From Tubiluchus corallicola (Eukaryota; Animalia; Priapulida): a DNA stretch of 64,000 nucleotides. The number at the start of each line of letters is the position of its first letter. The stretch's first letter is position 1. The notes beneath the pieces are model-generated. The model ran no database searches and was not told the DNA's origin. It was given only the letters and a program-made list of their open reading frames with translations. Of the stretch, positions 32,501 through 47,500 are shown in pieces. The DNA lies in assembly GCA_030141605.1 (NCBI GenBank), contig JAQGDQ010000009.1, forward strand, positions 682,001 through 746,000, in the 5' to 3' direction. Position numbers and translations under genes: made by a program.

Positions 32501-35500
32501 GAAAAACAAGAACGCGTAAGTCTACACATACTTGCTGCTGCTAGACGTGCCACCTTTCATGTGAATACGAAAAAGTCCACTCTGCAAAGCATGCACGAAA
32601 ATGATAAATACATCACGTTCGGGTGGTCTTGCTATGTCTGTTGAAGATGTTAACTCCATGAACAGTTCACCTATAAAGTTGTAAGTGCTCAAAGTCGGAT
32701 TGTTTGAATATTAGCTATGTAGAAATTAATAATCACAATATGACATGAAAATACAAGATGATACTGAAAAGTGGGAAAATGCATTAAAAAATGCATACCG
32801 CGGACCAAAGAAAACCTCATTTTACATTTTTATAACAATTAGCTCTGATTTTTACAGTAAAAGATTTAAATGTTAATAATAAGATGCAATGTAATCAGTG
32901 ACCCACTTGAAGGAAAGTTCTCATGATCCTCAAAGCTTTCCAGCCAGACCACCATAACTTTCATCTCGTGTCCTACAACACTCAGCTGACGGCTCCAATG
33001 TTTCTTCTTCCGTAAAGAAGATGCCAAATCTGGGGAAGCCGTAGGGCTCTCTGTGGCCCTTTCCGACTGTAAATGTAATCAGTGCAGTATTAGGTAATTG
33101 TAATTTGTAGCATGAAACTGCATTTCAAAATTACGATTTTTTGTATAACTTGATTGGTGACTGTTGCACGGTGTTTATCAAGTTTTAAAAGCATATTTTT
33201 AAATAAAACAAGCTGAATGATGCCTCTGAAAGATATAAGCAATACTTTTAAAATTTGATTAAATTCATCCGAGTTATGCAAGCACTATGTATAAACAATA
33301 CATATAAAGATTTAAGACGTACTTTTAAGGCACAAAAATTTACTTTAGTGTTATAATAATTTAATTTAAAAACCACAGATACGATATCCACATATACACA
33401 TGTATTTAAAGAATCACATATACAACAAACAATCACATATAAAATCACAAATTTGGAAAAAACTCGTGATTGAAGTACACATAAAAATATAAATTATATA
33501 AAAGCATTATACACAAAATTAATCAATGTATTTCCGAACTGCTACAACTTAAGAAAATATTCACCACTACTGAACAGAACAGCAGCTGACGGTTTAATAA
33601 ATTAATCATATGTATGCAGGCCTACATACCTTATCCTTTGCTTTATCATGACTAAGTAGATCCAAGTGTAAGTGAGACCTAGGAGGAGCAGTGGGAGATT
33701 GGCCACTACCTTTACCACTCAGTTGAACATAAGGGATGTCTAAAAGTCAAACTGGGAGTTGTTAAACTACATGTAATTTTACAAAATTAATGATTTGAAA
33801 ATTGCTTTCAGTTAATTATCAAAAGAATATTACATATATTTGTTCCTTATACGCACTTGTAATCTTAAAACATTACAAATTTTACATACAACTGTCAGAA
33901 ATGTAGTACCAGTCGAGGTGTTAAAATTTTGAAACGTTTTTTATTATTATTTTTTCACCATTTATAACTTTCGTCCCTTTCATCTGTACACGGAACTAGA
34001 GTAGAGCATTTTTTGTTGTTTTTATGCGGCACAGCAAGATACGACACATTACAACATCTTACACAATACAACACCTTATTCTGCACAACAAAACTGGAGG
34101 ATGCAATCAGCCACAACCAGTATGTTGCTACTATACAGACACCTGATTGGAGTGATTTGAATTGAAAAAAAATGGAACTATATTTGAACTTTATTTTTAA
34201 ATTAGTATTCGAACAGTGTTGTACAAGACACAGTGCATTTGCTCTAGGGAGTTGTCAAAAAGGCTAAAACAAATTTGTCCAGAAAATGTTGGATGACTGT
34301 AGCATGTAAACAAATGCTTAATACCACCGCTTTCATCTCAGCTTCACCGGAATATCGAATTAAAAGTTAGTGGAGTTAATTAAATAAAACAACATATAGC
34401 GAAGCACCAAATAATTAATGCTTTAAAGAAGTTTTTGTTTCATATTTTGTTACGTATTTAGCAGATTATAGCAAAATATCATACAATAATTTTTTATGTC
34501 CATTACAATAATTCTAAAAGAATAGTGAATGTGAAAATAACACAGCAAGGAACACACGTGGAATTGTAACACAAATTCAAGGTTTAATCAGGGCATTCTT
34601 AGTTCTTCTAGGGAAAAGTAAATTTGACAGATCAATCAAACAAATGACTTTTCAATTAATTATAATCCAAAGGACTGGTACCATATGGTTTGACTGGGGC
34701 AAAACATAATTCTGCTCACTGTGTTTGTAAGAAACAAGCCAACACTTAAGAGGTTAAGCCAAACATGGTATAATGCAAACTTGCAACATAAAAGACACTG
34801 CTAAGTAAACCTTCCCGGGTAAAAAAATAAGCTGGAGTTTAACTTCAGTTTGTTATATCGAAATATGCTTTGTACAACACAACAGTCAATGGCAGTGTAC
34901 TTTTTCGCTAAATTCATTTAATGGCAAAATGTTAATTTCTAACAAAATTTAGTGCAGGATACAGTTAAGTCACTGATGTTGTTTTTAAAAAGACAAAACA
35001 CTCTTCATAAATAAGACTTTAAAAATTCAACTGGAATTTTACGTCAATAATATGCTGTTTTATTGCACACTTGGCTTGTATTAGCAGTAACGCTGTATAA
35101 AACTTGTATGTTTCAACTTCTGCAATGACTGTTAGAAGTAGCCCAACAAGTTCACATCACACTGCATAAAGTTTGAAAAAATAATCAGTACATTCATAGC
35201 ACACTCTTCGCTAACTAAGCAAACGTTTAAATTACTTTATATTGTCAGTAAGATCAATTGTGTGTTTTTTTTGGTTGATCCAGTGGGGCGCACTGGGATA
35301 GTACCATTTTACCAAGTGGCACGAAACTTAAATTATTAAGAATTATTTTTTTAATTAGGATAAGTCTTTCAAAAAGCATAATGCTATACAATTTTGGATG
35401 GAGTTTTTTGAAATATACTTTAAAATTCCCATTTAGGTTTGCACTTTATAAGTTGAAATTTGGGCATTTATAGAGGAAACAGCTTCTGAAAAACTGTTTT

Positions 35501-38500
35501 GTTGTTTAGTCAAGGCTTAATTACAGTGTAATGAATTAAATCCTTGAAGTAAAAGTACACTGCAATAAGATACTACATGTATTGATCTTAGTAGGTTTGA
35601 AGTCCAGTGTGATGAATAATAACTGAAAGAACATAATTGCCGAAGTAATGAACTACAATCATGCTGGCAAAATGAATGTACAGAAGAGCAACTCTTTTGA
35701 AATTCCACAAAACACTAATGAAAAAACTTACGAGAATCATTTGCTCAGAATGTACAAAATAACTTAAACTGTAAGTAGAAAATCCCGCAATTAAAAAACA
35801 TTTTTTCATTTATTTATTTTGAGTTTTTCCAATTATTGTAATTAATAATTATCACCATATTATAACACACAGGAGGAATATCATCAAAATTTAGCTGAGC
35901 TTGAATAATTTACAAATACAAATACATACCTCATTCTTAATGCAGATTTCACGCTTAATATTACGTGACAAAAGTTCGGAGTGCATTACATGAAACACGA
36001 ACATTTGACTAGGCCGCCATTTATCATGGAGCTGTGCCTGCACCCCTCGTAGCAAAATTGGTGTATTCCAGATGAAACTTAACATTATGATATAAGTAAG
36101 GGATGCAATAGTGCTGTACACAAGACTGTTTGAGCATTTGTTTACACTAGTAAACAATGACACCATACAGTACTTTTATTCAGTTTTACACCTTGTGATT
36201 GCAGCAATCTATTGCAGTGATTGGTACATTGTGGACTTGGGACGGAATGCAAGATGTGCTCACTTTCGGTCATCGTGACTGTCCTTATTGAAAAGCGCAC
36301 TAATCATGTGACTAATGGAAAGTGGTACGCTTTAAAACAGAAATTTAGCCAACTCAATTTCAAAGTTAATGATTAGGTTGTTAACGATGCCTGCACTATC
36401 CTTGGCCATTGGATGCAGCTGTTAGACGAAAAGTGTTGGAATTTAGTCAAATATCAAAATTTTCACAAGTTTTCCTTAGAAAACAGGAAATAATTGGAAT
36501 AGTGGAAGCACAAACTAAAAAAATGTGGTATTCAGAAAATGTCAAGTTTTCTGCTCTAAAAATCTCTTTTGCCAATTTGTACATGGGGTAAACACAACTA
36601 TTAAAATAAGTTAAACTTAATTTTTGTGATATTCCCCCTTTACACAATGTTGGATTAAAACTTGTAAGACTTTGTTTTCCGAGAAATGCTCTCCTTTACA
36701 AGCAACACAATTCCAAGCTTATCACACTACACATCACCAAACAGTCACCAACCTTTCCCATTCGATGAACTCTCCGGAAAGCTCTGCTGCCGTTTCAGCA
36801 GATACTGTACGCGTTTGACAAACATGGGCGGGTTGGAATGACGCTTTTTAGGCGAAGTATCGCTTAGGGTGGCACACGGAACAGAGGGAAAGGAATGCAC
36901 AGAGCCCGGAGTGTACTCGGATGAGAATTCGCTTAGTTGAACACATGCAGGAGATGGGAGTGTGTTACTAACTACTATGCAAGTTTGCCCGACTGCATGA
37001 AATTAAATAACAAAACAAAAAATATTATTCATCTGTGTACTAAAGGGCCATTGACTTTACTATACAACAGAAAATTATAAGAGTTATAAAAAATGTTAGC
37101 ATCATATCATCAAAACCATGTCATACCATGCCAATCAGTTTGTAATATGTTAAACCTTGCCTACAGTGAAAAGAAAATAAATCACACAAAAACGCTGATT
37201 TTTATGAAATAGTGTTCCTAGGCTGAGACTAAAAATAGTGAAAGAACATTAAGAATTCATTGTAAGGGCATTTTAATTTATATTAATACTTATTTGACAC
37301 TTACAGAGTCTGAATTCAACGTTTTGCATCTGAACGGCGCAAAGTAAAAATGTGTTTTATCTGCCTCTGTTTTTTATAAGCAGCCTCTGTCCACACTATA
37401 TTCCATTGCAGATTAATGGGATTAAATTTCTTTTTTAAAATTAATAACATTGATGAAGAATGCATGAATTTTCTTTTACCTGTATTGGTTTCTTTCTTGC
37501 TATGCTGTTGTTTGATTAGAGATATGTAGAGAGGGGAAGGTACGATTATTGCCAGCTCAGTACTGTGGTCTGCCCAGTACAGAATATGATTTGTTGCATC
37601 ATAGTGGCTGCGATTCATCTCATCTATGTGTTTAACTAATCAAAAGTAATAGATTTGTCAAACTGTGATTAACAATAAGTGCTTTTTGCAAAGAACAGTT
37701 GAAAAACAAAATTATATTTCTAGTAAAAAAGCTAAAGAACTTAAATAAATAACCTAATGAAAACCTTTCAGCAACCAAGGTATCAAAACAATTATAATAT
37801 TGTTACATTAGTAGCGGTTCTAACGATAAATAGACAGCAATTTTTGTAATACCTTACTACATAGAAGTTAATAAACAAGCCAATAAAAAAAAAGTATGCA
37901 AGTATGTACACATTGTATAGTATTATGAAGTGTGAAGTATGAATGACAACAATGATGGCAACTTTCTGGCCAAAGTTCACACTTCAACAATACCAATGAA
38001 AACAATATTATTAAACAATAACAATGGAAGCAAAATTATTAAACAATACCAAAATCATGGCTTGGTAGTTTTCCATCTAACATTCCATTCCACCCTGGAT
38101 GTTTGTTGACATCTACTGCCCAACCCAAGGAGCGAAGAAACTCATAAAAATGTGGACTTACTTGACCACGTGGTGTCTATGAATAAAACACACGTGAAAT
38201 ATAAAGTGACCATGATAAGCTCACAACACGCTCAATGAAAGAAAGAAATTCTTTATGGTAGGTAAATTGCAAAATCATTAATACAACACGATTTTTTCTG
38301 CAAGAGTGTATGTAGTAGTCGAAATACAAGCTTTATGAAAAAAATTACAATATCTAGTTTGAAAAATGTAATACAAAAAAAACCACATTAATTACTTTAA
38401 CGGGCCTTTCTATTTAAAACTAAATGTCGCTAGGGCCTAGATAAATGCATTGCAGTTGTCACAAGATCTTGCTTATACGAATATAGCTGGAACTGTACTG

Positions 38501-41500
38501 ATTTAATACTAAATGAATTTTACATAAAAAAATGGTTCGATCTGGTCATTTTTATACACTTCTGTGCAATGCAAGCTGATATCCGGCACTTAATCTTGCA
38601 TTTAACTAATACCGATTATGGAGGACCGGTACCTAGCTCATGCTTGAAAAGAGAGTGTTTTCATCCTTCCATGATGACAGAAATAACAGGGGCTGTATGG
38701 CAAAGTAATAAACCACATAGGACCCCAGCTATGACCTGGGCCGTATGAACACTTGGGGCCCTCGAGGCTAATGAAATTATAGGGTATATAGAATATATTT
38801 GACACTTGAATATTGAATCTTGAATATTTTTTATTCATATCAAATTTTGGCAACATTTACATAGTTTGAAGTAAACTTATTGAAAATTCTTTAAATAAAC
38901 TATAACAGCTATCTTTTTTTGGTCAATAAAAATGTCATTTGAGAAATATCGCTGTTTTATTAATCACTGCAAACGAAATTAACACATATCTCAACACATT
39001 TGATTTTTTATCAAATTTTACCAAAGCTTGAGGGCCTAAAAGCTTTAGAGGCCCTAAGCCGCAGCCTATATTAGCCTACGGAATAATCCAGCCCGGATAA
39101 GCAACCCATCTATAGTGTTAATTAAATTCCCAATTTCACTACTACTAACCAGCAAACGATTTGTTTCTGGCAAATCCAAGTCTCAATAATGCAACAAACA
39201 CAATGGCTATTGTTGATAACAACATTGTAGCAACTCGTTATTGCTTACATTTCGACGCAGACTTGCACCTTCATCAGAGCACTTTCACAACACAGCTAGA
39301 AATATCCAATAAATTATAAACTAATGAATAGTACTGTGCTAGTAATGAACCCCTATGCACTAGTGGATGAAGTTTAGTTACGGTCTATTACTAGTACAGT
39401 AGCATTCATTAGTTTATGGCTCAATGTATAGTTCAAGCTGACTTGTGAAAGTCCTTTGATGACAATGCAAGTCTGCTTCAAACTGTAAGCAATAAAGACA
39501 TTTTGTTGTCAACAATAGCCATTGTCTTAATTGCATTATTAGTACAAACCAGGCCTAACACTGCTTAACTTTATAGCCGAGCAGTCATCATTACCACTCA
39601 GTAATCACGAGTATCATGTTTTCAGAAGCTGTATAAAACTATTGGAAGAAACGTGTCTGATTTTACAATGGAAAAATTTGTGATCACATTTGGTATCAAA
39701 TTTTTTTAACTGTGGGATTTGTGCCATCATGTGATGCAGATCCCGCTACAGTTTCTCAATAAATGATACGGCTGATACTTACAATGTTACTCAGAATTTC
39801 ATCAACTGTCTTCTGTCCATCACGCACGTAGAAGACAAACATTGTGTCACATGTTCTGCTACGGATTTTGTCCAGCTTGTCTATTTCACTGTTGAAGGCA
39901 TCTGCAGTTGAATCTAATGCGATCAGTGATGCGGTAGGTGAATTTACAGAACCCTGGTTAAAAAAGAAACAGTAAAAATGCAACAGCTATGCATGTGCAA
40001 GATGTGCAAATGTCAACACTCACCAAACAACAAGTTCTCACTTGACGACACCCAGCTTAGCGATATTTTTTTCAACGACTCTAGTCTTTTGATACCCTTT
40101 TTCACTTAACGTCATATGTTTTCTTTTAACAGCACTTTTTCACTTGCAATATAACTGAACGTTTACATAGCCAACCATTATTGATTTTTGCTCCTAGACA
40201 TTAAATGTTATGGAAAGCATTATTTGGTTTAGCGATGTTTCGCTTAACGACACATTTCGCTTAATGACACATTAACGCCGTTAAGCAAGAACTTACTGTA
40301 TTATATATTATATATATATATACACACATATATGTGTATGTATATATACTAGGTGAATCACCTAAGACGTTCAGATAAACAGAGTTGAATTTGCACAATT
40401 GGGTTCAATAATCTTGGAAACCGTCTTGCTACTCGCTTTCCAACCAATAAAAGAGTGGCCCAGAGCTTGTGTTATGGTTACATGTATGCAAGTAATTTCA
40501 AATGTGCTTTGTGGCACTTAGTAAGCATAACTGTGGTATACCGTTAAGGAAAATTTAAACTAAATATGTGCTTTTTACATATGGATAAGACAAACTCTTG
40601 ATTTTCCCATAATATCATATAAATTCTGCTCCACTTGTATATAACTCACCTTCAAAGCTTCTAACGACAAATACCCAAAATGAGAGAGAACCAAGCGTGC
40701 CGTCTGGAAGTCATGCCGCACACTAACAAAAGTTATAAAAGTTACTCAGAAATTCTACTAGCACAACAATTAGAATAAAATCTGTATTTAAGTCGAATTA
40801 ACATGGCAACTTTTGAATTATGCTATTAATAGTATGCAGAAATCTTTACTTATAAGTGCTTAGCAATTAGAGTGTACATTTCATCAGTTTATTTAGATTG
40901 GACTGGACTTACAAAACTGATGAGCAGTTAAAATTAGAAACAATATTCACCATCTGTAAACTATGCCATAATAATAGGTAAAGTAAACCTCCCATAAAGT
41001 CACAATGGCAGTGAGTCATACAAGCATTTCAGAACCTTTCTGTCATCACACTAATCAATTTTACCTGACTGTTGCTAGTATATAAGAAAAAATATTAACT
41101 ATGCACTGGCAGACTGTAAATAAAAAATATGCAAGTCTTTAATGAACAGTAAGTTTAACAAATATAAAATTTTGAATCGTTGTCACACAATTTCTCTGAT
41201 TTTGGAGCATAGCTTATCATAGCAATACAACAAGGCTCTATCACAGTCAGAGTTAAGCAAATATCGTTACATACCCAGGCGGTTTACACTCTGTTTCAGG
41301 GTTGGGGTACTCATATTTGGGTGTATTCTTTTTCACCATGTTCTCAAAAACTGTTTGCTGCTCAATGAATGAGCGCATTTGGTTGTATTCGGATGAAGCA
41401 TTATCTGGGATCAGCGATTCTAATGTTGGGAGACTTTGGTTGCTGAAACATAGAGTGATGTCATTACAACATAAGATTTATCAGGCACTAGTGAAACCAA

Positions 41501-44500
41501 ACAAATAAATTAACTGACTGATTAAATTAGCAAAGAGCAGTTGCTTAATCTGAATAAAAGTTATAAAATGTCCTGAATTTAGAAATGTTAATAATAACAA
41601 TATATGTATTGATAAAAATAATACAATAATTGCCAATTACTGCATCTATACAAAAAATGTTTCACTGTCATCTTACTGATAAAGCCGTAGTGTTGAACAT
41701 CCCTACACGAACTGACAGGAAGGCCTTAACTCTCCTAATTATTAAATTTATATCATTAATAACTTCAAAAATAATTGCACCTCTGCAATTATAACTAAGA
41801 CATTCTAAAGATTTTAAATATAATTTGTAATTTCACTCTTTAACAAAGGGGCCATAACTGACCACTAGATGCAAACCTGGAAAATGTGATTAAAAGGCAC
41901 AGTTTTTTTTGCTAAGCAATTTTCTGAACAAACACTGTCAGTAATTTAATTTATGTCAGCCCAGTCAGAAACTCTTAAACACCACAAACTTAAAAAACCA
42001 TTAATGCTATAAATTTAAAGTTCATTACGATTTTTTCCTATTTCTGACAAGACAATTTCTAAAAACTTGTAACAAAAAAAGAGAAAACATATTAACAACT
42101 CACGCTTTCACCGTAGGAATGCTGTCAACCGATTCAGGAAAATGAGTCTGCTTGGTGTTATAGTGTGTGCCAATGTCATTCATGGGCTGAGGTCTTTTAG
42201 GTGGTACAGGTTGAGGCTTCCCAGACTGTAAGACAACAAACAACCTTTTACAAACAAGATAAATTATATAATAAACCTTACTGTTATGATACATTTTAAA
42301 AAGTGAGACTTTTAAATAGAATGAGTTGAAGCTTTCAAATAAATTTAACAATATTGTTATTTTAATGAGAATATTGTACAATACTTTAAATAAACATTTC
42401 ACGAACCATTTTCTGAACATGTTAATCTTAATTTTCAGTGTTGTGAAGTGTGAAAACTCTTTAAACTGAAAGTAGAAATTTCATTTTAATACTTTAGCAT
42501 TAGACTGAGCAGAAACTTGAGACAAATATACATTAACTGCTGACTTACTTTGTGTCTAGGCAACTGACGAAGCTGCATCGTCCACGCATGTCTTCCTATT
42601 GGACTTCTATTAATCAGTACAACAGTGGGTAATGGATCTAGAAAACATAAGCTGATAACTCAAACAAGCTGTTTTAAATTCTATAGTGATTCTGTTCCTC
42701 AGTCAGAAAATTTCCTAACCATTACGATTAACTAAATGTCAATTTAAAATAAAGTAGAATTTTATAGTAATAATTGATCATTAGAACAAACAGCCAATAG
42801 AGAACATATCTTCTTCTGATAGTTCAACAGGTAAGATGTGATGCACCATAATGTTATCAAAAACCTACGTGTTACAGTGCTAGATGTTACCTTGTTCATT
42901 GCCTAGCGGTTGTTCTAAGATGCCCAAAATGATGGAATTCTCCACAACAAAGTATCGAAAACTGAGCCGTTGATTCAACGTCTGCATCCCGCGTGCATAC
43001 CTGAGCAATGTGTCCTCATTTAGTTCCGAGCAAAGAGATTCCGGGCCACTTGGTGATGGAAATGCTCCCTAAATTAAAAAGTATGACTTGCTTATTCAAG
43101 ACAATAAATGCCCCTTTATCGACATACACTGATAGCACACGAACAAATGAAGCACTTTCACGGCCATAACTGTTGATAGTGATATTAGTAATTACCAGTT
43201 TTTCTGGTATTGTCAAATGATACTAACCACAAGATCAAGAATGCAGGCTAAAACACCTTCTGCAGCATCTCGGACTCGCATGGATGCAGGTTTCAGGTCT
43301 TTATCACCTTTATACACTGGAGCATCATTTGGTTTTGGCTGAAAATTACAATGAAAAAGTAAAGCAAAGTAAAGCAACATGATAATGACAGCAGCCAGAT
43401 TATAGTAACACTGACAATATCTGACTAATAGCAAATAAAGACAAGTTTGTCCACGGCACTGAACTAGCAACATAGCTTTTTGTTTGGGATGTTGAAAATG
43501 GCAGGAAAATAGCAGCACATCGTTCGAGGAATTACTATTGGCATAGCTTTTGAAAAAAGTTTCGTGTTATCAGTCAATTTCAAGCAGAAATTTCACTGAT
43601 GGAAACCATTTCAACAAATATCAAAATAATTTCATATTACAATCAGTGTGGTACATATGATAATTTATTTAGAGGAAAGCACACGACTTGAGAACTCTAA
43701 GGAATATTTCTTTCATTCTGGAGTATAAATCTCCATTTTTGATTGTGAACGACCACCTTATCATTCAGTTTCCTTTGGAAATTTCTATAAAATGCGTAAA
43801 TCTGTTTTCCTTGAGTAATCGTTATCACCCATTTTTCACTGTTACATATCAAATATGTTGGTAAGGTAAGCATTAAATAGTCAAAATCTTGTGTTAAGAC
43901 TTTTAACTTCTTGCTAGCTAATTTGATCTTCCAGCAATTTCGTTTTTTTTTTGCAAAGTCATAAACATGTACTGTGTCAAGCAACCGAAAAAGTTACACA
44001 AACAGCCAAGATAAAAAATCCAAGTTTTCTAACCATCTCATTTTACAGTTAGATAGAGAAGCAAAAGTACATTACAAAAAGGAACGTTTTTTTGTTGAAC
44101 AGCAGTACAACACAGAAGAAAAGAAAAGTAAATTATCTGTTATTAATAACAGGACAATGCTACAGGTACCTGAGACTTGCTGCCAGATATTCCCATTTCC
44201 ACTACTTCTAACACAGTGTTAAGGCATTCCTTGTCACTGAGTAGAGCACTGTGTTCCACCAGCCATGTTGTTACACATTGATATGCGGCAACAATAGTTG
44301 AATGAAGATCTTTAGAGTGTGCAGGAGGGGGACGAGAACATTGATATATTATGTAGTCACATATCCACTTCACGGCTCTTTTACATTCAGCTAAATCTAA
44401 GAGAAAATATGCGTGTTAACACAGGTTATGAACAAGCCTTTTTAAAACTGCACTTTACTGAGATAAAAAACAAAACACCTAAACATTTAGTACCTTAGTT

Positions 44501-47500
44501 GTAAATTGGGTAAAATAAAAAGTAGAAATACTTTCAAAGCAAGATACTATTTCTTTGTAAAAAGTATATTAACAGGCTGGAAAGCAGCTCTACAAATTAA
44601 AAAACATTAAGTTGCTATTAGCCATTTCATAAACTTTGTGCAATGAAAGGGAAAGAAAAGGGAATTTTAAAGTATATCCCGAAAAATTTTCCATACAAAG
44701 TTATATTGCTTAGCATAATGCTTACATGTTCAAAAGACTTACGGAACTAGAAAAGAAAATTCTTAATAATTTAAAATGTTCGTGCTAACTGGTAAAACAT
44801 CACTGCGTCACAATCCCAGTGTGCACCATTGATTCACCAAAAAGCACATTATTGATCCTACTAACAATATAAAGTAGTTTATACTTTTACTTAGTACTGA
44901 AGAGTGTGCTACAAATGCTCTATTTTTTCAAACTTTCCGCTATATTATCTAAAATTGTTTCAAATGACTTACTATCAAATCACCCAACAGTAACTGCAGG
45001 AGTTTTAATTTATAAGTTTTATACATCTTTGCTGCTAATGTAAGGTCTGATTCAAAAAGTGATAGAAAATTGAAAATTGCAAACAATTTTTTTAAGCTTT
45101 GTGTATGAAGATTACTTTTTTAAAAGTGGGAATTAGTATCAGCTTTCACTAATTTATCAGTCTAAAAAGGTGCATTCCATACAAGACTTAAAAAACTTAG
45201 AAAATGTAACAAGAATGGCATAATGATAAAATACGAATTATGTCAAAGTTATACTTCAAGTTATTTAATTTCAAAATGAATATCTTCCCAGACATTTGTA
45301 ACGATGGTAGAGACAATAATACTTAACAGACAACAGAAAATGTAAAACTTTTTCCTACCTTGTACTTTTAGTTTCATTTTAGCAATTCCAGACAGCAGCT
45401 CCAGAGCAGCAAGAGAAATATTGAGATCGCTCTTCCAAGTCGAAATCAGACGATGGCAGACTAAATAGATTGACCGCACAAACAATGCTTGGGCTGTATC
45501 TATATGAAATTTCGAATAAGAAAGTAAAGTTTTTGGCACTAAAGGATAGAGGAGGGGGATGACAAAAAGAGCTAATCAAAGACTTACATTTCTTCGATTT
45601 TAACAAACGACTAAGGAGTATTTATCATCATCGAAAACGGGAATTTACATGTAACTTTTCACAAAAAGATGCAGTTTACCAAAATCCTTCGTCAGTGATG
45701 AAGCAGATTTAGCTGATTTGTCAGAATCCAGTGACCAATCACTTCCACTCTGCTTTGCCTGCACAGCTTCTATAAAAAGTGTAACTCGTATTAAGAAAAA
45801 AATGATAAAAAACAAAGGGTTCTTGCTAAAACTAACAAGGATGCGGTCCTTATAACTCAATCTCTTCTTGTCTCACATATTAAAGTATAAACATGTTTAT
45901 AAAACTATACAGTCAACTTAGCTGTCTGCTAGGTAACCAGAAGAAACAACTATGAGTTAAGCAAAATGCAGAAAAGCCAATCGAAATTTAATATTGGAAT
46001 CGAGTTAACTCAAAGAAAATCTGAAATTACCAGACAGACTTAGAGGAAAACAGGATGATTTTTCATGAGCTACTCCTCCGCTTTGAGAATGGTAAAAAGT
46101 ACACATTTTAAGGCCAGTAATAATACCAAAGCGTTTTTGGTAATTAAATAAAAAGTTAAAACTGTAATTAATAGCAGGCAAGCCCAGTTAGTGATACAAC
46201 ACAATTGAACATAATTTTCAACAGCGCAAACATTTCATGAGCACATTACATGTGTTTGCAAAAGGAAAAAATTGAATCAATATGTTACTGCACAACACAT
46301 AGTGTGATATACAAAAACTCGGCAAATTTCAAGTTTAAATATGAAATTTCAAATTTAGCATTGTGCTCACGCATGAGATCTCGCACTTGTGCACTACATC
46401 ACAACTAAACAGCCCGATCTGAGAGGTGCAATACCTGTTTTTTTGTGCAACGAGTTTTCAGTATACAGGTGCTAGTGGCCATCTAACTAGAGAATGGTGA
46501 AACACGTAGCAGCAAAAAACCAGTGGCGAAAATGCAAAAATAGGTTTCTTTGAAAATAATTTTTTCATGCAAGTCATTCTTGAAAAAACGCTATGTTCCT
46601 TTTTGATATTTTACAGAGTAAATTGTTTTGAGCTATCACTTAAAATTGGGCTCACTTTTCCTTTAATTATATTCAACTGCATATTTTTATGATGATAACA
46701 TTCCTTAGAAGGCAACAAAACTAATACTAGCTTAATCAAGTGAATATCAGTCATATAACTGTGGGTTATGATTAAATCTTTTTATAAACTTACCTTCAGG
46801 TACTAACAGAGTAGATGAGTCATGAACAACATTCAAATCATCTTGTACAGGTGTTTGGTCTACCTCCTCACAGAGAGCAGAGTCCTGCACGCAGAACAGC
46901 AAACCACCTAGAAAAAAAAACTTAATTAAACTATGTCACTGCAGTCTCTTAGCTACAAACTGGGTATTTGTTTTAGATTGATTTAACAATTCAGATAAAC
47001 TTTTCTTTTTATTGAAAAAGGGATAATTTCATTAGTTTTTATCAAGAAAAAGTTTTTAATAATAACAATGCAAAAACGTTTACTACTGCTTTGCAATTGA
47101 AAAGGAGAGAACAAAGTTAAGCCACTTCACAGTGGCCAGTTAAGATTGTTAAATTCATTTTTTAATAAAAGCCAAATTTCAACCAAAGTTCGCACAAATA
47201 AACTTATGCACGAATTTTTTTTTTTTGCAAAAGCCAAAATTATGCAAAAAAGATAAAATCCAAACAGCTAGAACTAATTAATGTTGAAAAGTTTACCTAA
47301 TAACATTTGTGTATTCACTGATTCAACTTCCATCTGTAGTGCATTAACAACAAGATTTACAAGGCGGGATCTCATGAATAAACATGTTATTGGTTGCTGG
47401 TTCGACCCCTTTAGAATTTCTATAAAATATTTTAGTAAACAGAATTAGACAAAATGCAAAAGGGAATTAAGAAACCGAAAACCTGTTTGCAGTTTAATTA

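Noticed and set aside
46031-46080. Possible extra RALGAPB exon
   Set aside because: 50 nt between the available AG and GT breaks the frame; flanking exons join in phase without it.
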